A stretch of 63,331 nt of DNA, filler included, from Chrysochromulina tobinii (lineage: Eukaryota): the NCBI GenBank assembly GCA_001275005.1. It is 4 parts of 4 records of this genome, joined end to end, with 100 filler letters (N's around TTAATTAATTAA, not from the genome) between each part and the next. Parts side by side here need not be neighbours in the genome. Positions count along the whole stretch, not along the records: positions 21,523 to 36,620 come from JWZX01000622.1; 3 more parts are not named here. The stretch is one strand, 5' to 3'. The position numbers and the translations under genes are program-made. The notes below the pieces were generated by a model. It searched no databases and was not told where the DNA came from. It saw only the letters and a program-made list of their open reading frames with translations. Positions 21,423 to 29,918 of this stretch are shown here, one piece after another. Each line of letters begins with the position of its first letter. Positions within the stretch are counted from its first letter, which is position 1.

Positions 21423-21522
21423 NNNNNNNNNNNNNNNNNNNNNNNNNNNNNNNNNNNNNNNNNNNNTTAATTAATTAANNNNNNNNNNNNNNNNNNNNNN
21501 NNNNNNNNNNNNNNNNNNNNNN
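21423..21522. other. Assembly gap with TTAATTAATTAA linker
   Basis: N-run, linker, N-run; 100 nt. Confidence 0.98.
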
Positions 21523-22188
21523 GGTGGTGGAGACGGTGGTGGCGGAGTGGGGGGCGGCTCGGGGGGCGGACGCGGTGGAGGGCGCGGTGGAGGGAAGGGC
21601 CGGGGGGCTCGGGTACATTCGCGGGCGCGGTGGAGGCGGACGCGGTGGTGAGGGCGGTGGTGGCCGCCTGGGCGGTGGAGGAGGTGAGGGTGGTGGAGGT
21701 GAGGGTGGTATTGAAGGAGGCGGTAGCAGCGGCGGTGGCAGTGGTGGGAGTGATGGCGGCGGGAAGGGCGGCTCGAGCGAAGGAATGTACTCGTACGCGG
21801 TGATGTACTCGCAGCAGTCTTCACATCCGTAGCCGATGCAGCCTGTGCACACGCCACCCGCGAAGATGGTGTGCAGAGGTGTTGGAGGAGGCTTTGGCGG
21901 TGGTGAGGGCGAAGGCGGTGGCGGATCATTGTTGTGCATGAGGTTGATGGTCAACTTGTCATTCTCGTCGATGCCCACCTGAATCTCGTTGTTGTAAGTC
22001 AAGGGATGCTCGCGCAGGAGCGAGGGTACCGCCGTGCCCAGCTGGTTTTGTGCGACCACATCGTTATACGGAGCCGTGTACGTGCCAACGGCCGGTACGC
22101 CATCGGCGTTCCTCAGGTACTGGAGACTCCCGAAGCTGCAGGTCAGCCGCAGGTTTGTCGAGAGCAGCAGGAGGAGGAGCCAACGCAT
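21523..22188 (-). CDS. Secreted proline-rich (extensin-like) protein, truncated by gap
   Basis: Signal peptide MRWLLLLLLS..., Cys cluster CTGCIGYGCEDCC, SPPPP runs. Confidence 0.6.
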
Positions 22189-22288
22189 AGGCGTGCAGCG
22201 CCCCTTTGAGAACCGTAGCCCGGCTTGCGCACTCATCGTGACCAGATAACCTCCACACTCTGAATCCGCCGTTCCAACCGTTGCATGC

Positions 22289-24454
22289 ATGCAAAATTTG
22301 ATTTCGAGCCCCAAAAACGTCAAAAACCATGGAGCGCCCGGAGAGCGGAAGCGCCTCAGACAAACTGGCCGTCACTTACCAGGCTCGAATCACCTGGGAG
22401 CAATGAACCCCGCGTGGGCGCTTGCAGGCGCAAGCTTTCTCGCCCAGGGTCAAGACGCTCCGGCGGCCGAGAGCGATCAGCTGCAAGCAAGCGAGCAGCA
22501 GCACCGATTCCTCCACGGACAGCGAGCAGCAACTGAAGATCCTGCGGAGGGCTTTGTCTTCCAGGATCTCCCCACATCCATGATGGGCATCCGGCCGCAC
22601 CGGCTGTGGCTCGGCCAATACAGGCAGTTCGAAAAAATTGAGGCCAATCGTGAGCTTGGCGAGCAGGTCCGGCAGCAGGAGTCATGCCTTCGGCAGCAGC
22701 GGGATGACTCGATGTTCTCTTACCATGCAGCGCGCAATCACAAGCTTGCCGAGGCACGCGGCCAGCAGGCAAACAACGACCAGGCGATGCGCGAGTCGTG
22801 GACCTCCAAGATGATGCGCGCTTCTGCCGTCAAGTCGGAGCAAGAGATGAACCGCCAGAAGGCGCTGCGTCAGAAGCAAGCGTGGGCGGCCAACGGCTCA
22901 CGCATGCGCGAGCAGGACCTGTTACAGAAGCGAAAGGTCTTCGAAAGCCGCTCAAAGGCGGAGGAGTCGAAGCGCTCTGTGGCGGCGCGCGCCAAGCTGG
23001 CGGCCAAGGAGCGGCTCGCGACGATCTCGGTCGCAATGGAAGAGGACGCGGCGGCGCGCCGTCGCCTCTACGAGAAGCTCCGGAAGGACTCGCTGCCGAG
23101 CGGCGCGCTTGCCGAGGCACGCGAGTACGTGAGCCACCAGAAGCGCGAGGCCGCCGCGGAGGTGCGCCGGCGTGAGCTCGCTTGGATCTCCGACCGTCAA
23201 CGTGCCGAGGAGGCGGCGCTCGAGCGCGCGGCCCAGTCGAAAGCAAGCGTCCTCTCCTCTCGCGCGCATGCGCATAACAATCGCGCGACGGTGGTGGTGA
23301 GCCGGCACGAGCAGACGGCTGCGCTGCGTGAGAGTCTCAAGCAGCTCGACCTGGAGCGCAAGCAGATGATGCTTGCGTCCGTCAAGCTCAACCAGCAGAA
23401 GCGAGATGAATCGTACGAGGCCCGCCATGCCTCCCGCGCCGCGACCGTCGAGATGGACACGAGCGCGTACGGCAGCTTGGTCACGGCCACGCGCACGCCG
23501 CAGCGCTTCGAGCTGGGCATGACGGGCAAGCAGCTGCTCGAAGCGCGGCCGCTGCTCGAGATCAGTCCCATGGCTTCCCTCGACCAGCATCCGCTGCTCA
23601 CGATGGCCGCCACAACCGCTGCTGGCGAGGGTCGCCAGGTGCACAAGAGCGCTGCCCCCCACGCACGACCAAAGTCGGTAGCGACGACCATCGTGAGCGC
23701 TGCAGTGAGCGCCTCGCCGCCCCAGGCTAGCCGGGATGGATCTGAATTCTATGATCATCTTGGCAGGGTGCGTGGTACACAGGGCACCGGGTCGCTGGAC
23801 AGCGGCGCAGCATCAGACGGCGCGAAGAAGCGTGGGACGCGCTACAAGCCGCTGCTGCTCACAGTCAAGACGGTGGGCTGGACCGGACAGGGGAGGGATG
23901 CCCCCGGCACAGATCTCACGGTGGATGTGAATGGCGTGACGACGGTCGGCGAGCTCAAGGATCGCATCCGGCGCCGGCGGACGGCCTGGGCGGGCTTGGT
24001 GGCGCTGCGTCTGATGTACATGGGCCATCTGGTCGACGACAAGACCACGGTGGACGAGAGCTGGGCGAAGAGCTTCGTGGTGGCGATGGAGGATCGTCCC
24101 TCGACCGACTCGCTGCTGCCGTCGCCCACTGAGACGGCCATGCGCAGTGCCGCATCTGACGCCCAATCGGCAGCAGTGCGCGAAAGGCTTCGCCAAACAC
24201 TCGACGCAAACTACGGGCGGGTCCTCGGTCTCTTTCGTTTGTGGGACGTTGACAGGAGCGGCACGATCACGGCGACGGAGCTGCAACGCGCGCTGCACGA
24301 GCTGGGCGAGATGTCGCCCATGGAAGAGGTAGATGCACTCTTTGCAAGCCTTGACCAGGGCTTCGACGGGCGCATCGAGTATCGTGAGCTTTATCGAGCG
24401 CTGCGCCCCAGGCGCCAGAGCGCGTCGGTGAGAGATCTCAGTGTAGAGGCGTAG
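22289..24454 (+). CDS. Coiled-coil + ubiquitin-like + EF-hand pair protein (alternative start 22403)
   Basis: Long charged helix; LTVKT...TTVGELKDRI...LRLMYMGHLVDD (Ubl); DVDRSGTITATE and DQGFDGRIEYRE EF loops. Confidence 0.75.
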   Translation: MQNLISSPKNVKNHGAPGERKRLRQTGRHLPGSNHLGAMNPAWALAGASFLAQGQDAPAAESDQLQASEQQHRFLHGQRAATEDPAEGFVFQDLPTSMMGIRPHRLWLGQYRQFEKIEANRELGEQVRQQESCLRQQRDDSMFSYHAARNHKLAEARGQQANNDQAMRESWTSKMMRASAVKSEQEMNRQKALRQKQAWAANGSRMREQDLLQKRKVFESRSKAEESKRSVAARAKLAAKERLATISVAMEEDAAARRRLYEKLRKDSLPSGALAEAREYVSHQKREAAAEVRRRELAWISDRQRAEEAALERAAQSKASVLSSRAHAHNNRATVVVSRHEQTAALRESLKQLDLERKQMMLASVKLNQQKRDESYEARHASRAATVEMDTSAYGSLVTATRTPQRFELGMTGKQLLEARPLLEISPMASLDQHPLLTMAATTAAGEGRQVHKSAAPHARPKSVATTIVSAAVSASPPQASRDGSEFYDHLGRVRGTQGTGSLDSGAASDGAKKRGTRYKPLLLTVKTVGWTGQGRDAPGTDLTVDVNGVTTVGELKDRIRRRRTAWAGLVALRLMYMGHLVDDKTTVDESWAKSFVVAMEDRPSTDSLLPSPTETAMRSAASDAQSAAVRERLRQTLDANYGRVLGLFRLWDVDRSGTITATELQRALHELGEMSPMEEVDALFASLDQGFDGRIEYRELYRALRPRRQSASVRDLSVEA

Positions 24455-24727
24455 AGGTGCGGTAAAGACTGGGATGTATGATGGATGTGTCCGTGAGACC
24501 AGTGTTGTGTGGCATGAGTTTACATGTTGCACTTTGTGGGCTGTGAACGATGGTCACATGTTAAATCGCATGCATACAGCTGGTGAAACTTGGCGAAATA
24601 TCAGGAAACGCAGCGACAAGATGGAGGCACGGTGCAGAGGCACGAGGACAGCGCTGCGTACGCGGCGCCGAAACCAAGAGTTTCTCAATAGACCGCGCAG
24701 AAAGCACGCGACCGGTGCAGGCATAGA

Positions 24728-26026
24728 ATGAAGGCACTCACGGTCGAGGATTGTGCGAAGAATCTTGAGAATATTGATGTTCCCCGGCAGCACAGGTGGC
24801 AAATTCCTCCCATCGGAGCCGTGCCTCCTGACTGCGGATTGTGTTCGCACTTTGATGGCGCTGCTGAGTATGCACTTAACGCACTGCACCGCAAGGCCGC
24901 CTCACCGGCCTACTGCATGGTCCTTGTCGGACGCAGCCCAGGTGTGACGGTCGAGCACTGGTCAGAGACGTGCCAATCGCTCCAGGAGCGCTGCGACGGC
25001 TGGACGATTGTTGATGGTGCCTGTCACAAGCGCTGCGAGATTGGCTGCTGGAGTCAGGGCATCCATAGCCAGCTCTGTCTCTTCAAGCCACCGATGCCGC
25101 CGTTCCGTCCACCACCGCCCCCGCCCCCCCCATCGGCGCAGCCATCGCCCCCTCCGCCGTCACTCCCACCACTGCAACCACCACCCCACAGTCCGCCGCC
25201 TCCCTTCCATCCGCCGCCCAGCCCGCCGCCTCCACCGCCTCCGCCGCCGCTGCTTCCGCCACCATCATACCCACCGCCTGTGAGTCCGCCGCTGCTGCAG
25301 CTCGTACTTGCGGCAGGTGGGGGCAGTGTAGTCCCAGGAGTGCTTCTCGTTTGCGTTGGTGCCGTTGCTGGCCGAGTGCTACATCGTGCCCCGCACCTGA
25401 GACACAGGCTGGCGCGCCTTGCTGCGAGCGCCCTGGCGAGCGTTATGACGAGTGCGTGGCAAGCGAGTACAGCCGCTTTCAGCCGCGGTGTGGACCGGCT
25501 GCCGCTCCTTGCGGCGATCATCCGACGACGACGCGGCTACTCTCGGGCAGCTGCCGCGGCTGACGATCGGCTACATGCTCATCGTGAAGTGGACGAGGCG
25601 GAACACGAGGGCGCATGGGCTAACGCATCGGCCCTCGGAGGCGGCGACGCATGCAGTCGGGAGTTCTTTGTAAGAGCGTATGCAGAAGGATACGCCTATG
25701 CCAAGCTGGAGCTTGAGAAGACGAACATGGAAATGACGGCAGTCATCAGATCGGTCTCCGATGGCGATGGCGATGGCGATGGCCCACGCCCCGCCACCTT
25801 CACCGCTACCCCAGGCCTCTCCAGCACTAGAGGTCCGTCTGACGCCACCGTCATCTCGGCGCAACAAGAGGCGGGCGTGGAGCAATCGGTGGGGCTGGGC
25901 TCGAAGAAGGCCAAACCAAAAAAAGGGCGAGCACGAGCTGTCGCCACCGCCCACAGCGTCTGCAGTCCTGGCCGTGCGGGTGCGCGTCCTCGGCCGCCGA
26001 TCTCGATTGCATCGATGGATGTGTAG
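24728..26026 (+). CDS. Cys-rich + proline-rich single-pass membrane protein
   Basis: Cys-rich N-terminal region, long Pro tract, hydrophobic VVPGVLLVCVGAVAG segment. Confidence 0.55.
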   Translation: MKALTVEDCAKNLENIDVPRQHRWQIPPIGAVPPDCGLCSHFDGAAEYALNALHRKAASPAYCMVLVGRSPGVTVEHWSETCQSLQERCDGWTIVDGACHKRCEIGCWSQGIHSQLCLFKPPMPPFRPPPPPPPPSAQPSPPPPSLPPLQPPPHSPPPPFHPPPSPPPPPPPPPLLPPPSYPPPVSPPLLQLVLAAGGGSVVPGVLLVCVGAVAGRVLHRAPHLRHRLARLAASALASVMTSAWQASTAAFSRGVDRLPLLAAIIRRRRGYSRAAAAADDRLHAHREVDEAEHEGAWANASALGGGDACSREFFVRAYAEGYAYAKLELEKTNMEMTAVIRSVSDGDGDGDGPRPATFTATPGLSSTRGPSDATVISAQQEAGVEQSVGLGSKKAKPKKGRARAVATAHSVCSPGRAGARPRPPISIASMDV

Positions 26027-26029
26027 TTA

Positions 26030-26435
26030 AACTGTTTACTACGTAGTTAATGCACACGTTTGAGCCGGATTGCTGCATATCGATGCCAGCCGTATGGTCC
26101 TTGCGCAGGAGCGGGATGACGGAGGCTTCTGCATTCAAGCAGAATGCAAAGAAGGGTGACAGCACCTGGGTGGCCAGCTCATACAGCCCGCAGGTCGCCA
26201 ACGAGTCCATATGGATGGCCTTCGAGATCGCAGGCAGCAGAAACACGCTCGCAAAGTGGCCTCCACTCGAGGTGTTGAAGACGGGGCAGTAGACAAGATC
26301 GACGGCGTTCATCGACTCGCTCAAGTTGAGCTTCGTCTGCAACAGCAGCCAGTAGGAATTGAGATCGTCGGTCGACTCATCGTTGTCTTGGACCTCCAGG
26401 TCGCTGCCGGGGCCAGGCTTGGTGCCTCCCAGCAT
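26030..26435 (-). pseudogene. Ulp1/C48-like cysteine protease fragment
   Basis: DLVYCPVFN...GHFASV...IHMDSL...MQQSGSNVCINYVV has Ulp1-like H, D, Q, C order; no clean gene boundaries. Confidence 0.45.
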
Positions 26436-26748
26436 GCCTGCCAGGCTCGTCTTTTTGCAGAGGGCGTGAACACATTGAATTGCTTGAGGTGGCCGAGGAA
26501 GAGGACGCCGAGGAGGACCTCCTTCAGGCACGCTCAGCGGCGATGGAAGTGGCAGCAGCACAGGCACAGGCAGAACATGCAGCAAAGGTGAAGAGCAATG
26601 CACGCTATGCTCGTGTGAGCGCTGCTCGTGAGGCAGGCAAGGAGATGCAGCGGCAACAAGAGCAGCAGAAGAAGCAGCGGCAGGAGCAGTAGAATGCACA
26701 CAGACGTAACGGCCCGCGCCCGGTACGTTGTCTGTTGAGTTCACCCTG

Positions 26749-26875
26749 CAGGGGCCCCAAAACACGAAAACACAAAACACAGCTCTCAGGCGAGCAAGGC
26801 CAAAACACAAAAACACAAAACACACGCCCTGCGGGCGTGGCTAAAACACCAAAACACAGAGCACCAAAATACAGG
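26749..26875 (+). repeat. AAAACAC cluster (about 9 copies) after CAGGGGCCCCAAAAC; possible DNA-transposon end
   Basis: Directly visible; C/A-skewed strand. Confidence 0.6.
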
Positions 26876-27041
26876 GGCGAGGGGCGGAGTCAAACAAGGA
26901 GTCAAAGCGGCGGTTCGATCGTCCGCGTCCCCCACGGCGACCATTTCACAATGGACAAAAGTTTCACTGAGCGACGAGTTCTGACTCCGTCGAGACTCGC
27001 ACAGCTCGACACTGACGTCGACTCTTGCACCTGTCACTCTA

Positions 27042-27956
27042 CTACATCTTGGCGACCATCTCCGCCGTGTATCCGAGCTTCTGCAGCACCGAACCCTCCT
27101 TGACCTCCTTCTCGGTACGTGGGCCGCACAGGATCGTGTACATGGCGGGCAGCCCGCACACAAAGAGCATCGTGTCTTCGGCGGGTGGGAAGCAGTACTT
27201 CTCAATCTTCGCCTGGTCGATCCAACCAGTCTCCGCAGTGTACGTGGGCGTACTCACCCACCCGGGTGGCGCCGGCTCATCGGGCTGGTTGCCCACCACG
27301 TGCACGATCTTGAGGCGCCCGGGGTGCGCCGCGGCCCACGCGTCGAGCTCGTCCTTCATGAGGATGTCCTGAACCGTCTTGTTGCCGTAGAGTAGCACTA
27401 CCTTGCGGTCATCGCCAGGCGTCCCGAGAAGCTTCCACAACGCCTGAAAGCATGGCGTGATGCCCGTGCCTGCGCACACGAGGGAGATCGACTTCTTCCC
27501 CTCGAATGGGTACTGAGCCTTGATGTTGAACTTGATGTGCTTGAACTCGACCATCGCGCCAGTTTCGAGACCATGCAGGTATTGGGACACCGCGCCGCCA
27601 TCATATCGCTTCACGAGCAGCTCGAATTTTCCCAGCATCGAGTTGTCGCTCATGGGCGTATACGGGCGGATGGCATCGCTGCCGTCGAAGTCGTCCTTGC
27701 CGCCACCATCCTTGCGGCCGCGCCCCGGAGCCTTCATCAGAATGCATGCACAGATGGGCAGGTTTAGCGACTGGCCTTCCGGGAGCCCGAAGCTGTACAC
27801 GGTGCTGTCATGGTTGTACTCCTTTCGCTCAATAAGAGGCAGGGCGAGCCAGGTGGTTGGGATGAAGCACGTCGATGCGTATTCTAGGGCTGGCGGTGTC
27901 TCAGACATGAGAGACTTCAAGCAGTCCTCGAGGCTTGCGCAGAGCGCTTGGCCCAT
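27042..27956 (-). CDS. NADH-cytochrome b5 reductase, probably N-acylated
   Basis: RPYTP, LLVKRYDGGAVSQYL, CAGTGITP, LLYGNKT..DIL, VCGLPAM; N-terminus MGQALCAS. Confidence 0.92.
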   Translation of the reverse strand: MGQALCASLEDCLKSLMSETPPALEYASTCFIPTTWLALPLIERKEYNHDSTVYSFGLPEGQSLNLPICACILMKAPGRGRKDGGGKDDFDGSDAIRPYTPMSDNSMLGKFELLVKRYDGGAVSQYLHGLETGAMVEFKHIKFNIKAQYPFEGKKSISLVCAGTGITPCFQALWKLLGTPGDDRKVVLLYGNKTVQDILMKDELDAWAAAHPGRLKIVHVVGNQPDEPAPPGWVSTPTYTAETGWIDQAKIEKYCFPPAEDTMLFVCGLPAMYTILCGPRTEKEVKEGSVLQKLGYTAEMVAKM

Positions 27957-28465
27957 ACACGGGGCGCGCCGATCTGCGAGGACCTCCGACGTCCTTTTCA
28001 GTATGAATGTCGAAACATAACTGTGAACAGCATCCTTTTCGAACTATTGTGAATGTGTCCCCTTGGGTCCCCCATCATTTCCGCCCATTCCCTGTTCCCC
28101 ATGAGTTGGCGACTTGGCTTCCGGAGCACACATTCTATAGGCTTCCGTCATAGATTGCTCTCGACTCTGTTTCTGACTTTGGACTTTGCACTTTCTGTAC
28201 TACTTGATTTCTAACTCTACTGACAGCAAAACAGGACTCAAAGACTTTGAGCGCGCGGGTCCGCTGGAAACAGCGAACAAATATCCCGTTAAAAACCTCA
28301 AAGAACAGAAAATTACCTTACAAGGAGGATGGAGGTGTATAACGTATACTCGAGAACATGTACAATAGAACATGTACACCATTGCGTTGCCGAGCCACGA
28401 TCTGCGGAGCAAAGGGCAACCCTCACTAAGAAGCTAATGCAGCCGTGGACTTCATGCCGTGTGCC

Positions 28466-29635
28466 CTAGAGAGCCTGGAGGTCGATGTGCTGGCCACCAA
28501 ACCATCCGGAGTGTTGATCGCTGCTCCCACTGAACCACGGGACCCAGGATTGCTTGGGGACCACGCGAACCATTTTTCCATCGCGCGCGGCGAGATCATC
28601 TAGGTGCGCGTTGGATATGCTGTCGTACGAGCTGGCGACGAGCATCTCCGCCTGAGCCGCGCTCACGAAATTCTGCTCAAATAGATCGTCATGCGCCTCG
28701 CGATTCTTGACCTCCGCGCTCAGCTTCTGATGCTGTTTGCGATCCTTGATCGCCTGCAGGCCATTCTTGATCGCCATCGCATCCTTCTTTCGGTGCTCGA
28801 TGAGCACGCTTCGCTGCTCGACGACATTGCCGCGGGACGAGAGGGCCTGCGATTTATTGTGCCTTGCCCTCGTCAGTGCTTGCTGGTGGTTGTACTCCTT
28901 TTCAGCATTCCAGCTTTTGACGGACGTGCGCACGTCCTTAGCGGTTTCCTGCTTACGCTGTGCGAACATCTCCTTGGACTGGCGAATCACCTCGGTCTTG
29001 GTCTGATCGCGGATGGCTGCGACACGTTGCCGCTTCTCCTCGACTCTGCGCATGAGTGTCTCCGCAAACCTTGCGGCGCGGTCGGCCACGTCTTGCTTCA
29101 AGTCCGCAGCGGCCCTGCGGTTGTTCTCGAAGCGCTCCGTTCGGCTCTCCAGCGTGCGCTCGCGCTGCTCTGAGCCGTGCATCTGCACAATCTTCAGACT
29201 GACCTCGGCGAACGCCTGCTTCCGGCGAGCATCCTCCTGCTTGCGCTCCTCCATCGCCCGCTTCTCCTCCATCCCCTTCTCCTGCATCTCCGCCTTGTGC
29301 TGCTTCACGCGCGCTGCCGCCGCCTCACGCTGCTCCTTCGCTTGCTGCGTCCGGTCGTGTCCAGACCCCACGAAGTCTGCGATACTCTGAAGGCGCTGCG
29401 CCTCGAGAGCATCCAGCTCGGCGCGGAACGCCTCGGTTTTCATACGGTTTGCCTCTACCGTTTCCCACTTGCTGTACTTGGACTTGGAAACCACCGACGG
29501 CCGTGATGGGCCATGGTTCAGCACCTCTTCCATCTCAGCAATCTCCTGCTTCACGGCTTCATCCGCGGCGACCTCTTCGGGAGTAGGGACAACGTCCTTG
29601 CCTGAGCCCATGAGGTTCCGCCACCATAGGAACAT
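28466..29635 (-). CDS. Charged coiled-coil protein, distant paralog of the 22289-24454 N-terminal half
   Basis: Single ORF, E/K/R/Q-rich helix, colinear motifs shared with the 22.3-kb gene. Confidence 0.7.
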   Translation of the reverse strand: MFLWWRNLMGSGKDVVPTPEEVAADEAVKQEIAEMEEVLNHGPSRPSVVSKSKYSKWETVEANRMKTEAFRAELDALEAQRLQSIADFVGSGHDRTQQAKEQREAAAARVKQHKAEMQEKGMEEKRAMEERKQEDARRKQAFAEVSLKIVQMHGSEQRERTLESRTERFENNRRAAADLKQDVADRAARFAETLMRRVEEKRQRVAAIRDQTKTEVIRQSKEMFAQRKQETAKDVRTSVKSWNAEKEYNHQQALTRARHNKSQALSSRGNVVEQRSVLIEHRKKDAMAIKNGLQAIKDRKQHQKLSAEVKNREAHDDLFEQNFVSAAQAEMLVASSYDSISNAHLDDLAARDGKMVRVVPKQSWVPWFSGSSDQHSGWFGGQHIDLQAL

Positions 29636-29918
29636 TGTTGGATTACGCAGAGCGCGCAGCGACCCCGTCCACACGGTCTTCTCGTTTTTGGTCTCGAGCG
29701 ATTTCGCTTGCAGATGTGAGTTTGGAGTATCCGCGCCGCGAGGTGTGCATACAATAGTACATCGTTAACATTTGGAACCATTTCCATCTCGCCCATCTTC
29801 GCAGTTCGAGCTGAAAAGGTCGGCTTTCGACTGTTTCATCTCTGGACTCACAAGTTTCATGGCGGCTTTCTAAGGAGTGAGCACCTCGGTACCCATTGCC
29901 CGATTGGCTCGGGTCGGC

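Noticed and set aside
21467..21478. TTAATTAATTAA palindrome as a biological site
   Set aside because: Identical in all three N-gaps; artificial all-frame stop linker.
25851..26825. 324-aa ORF as one real gene
   Set aside because: N-terminus is translated AAAACAC repeat and antisense of another fragment; C-terminus overlaps the neighbouring gene antisense.
28020..28460. AT-richer stretch as an RNA gene or insertion
   Set aside because: No tRNA/rRNA features; consistent with 3' UTR and promoter DNA.
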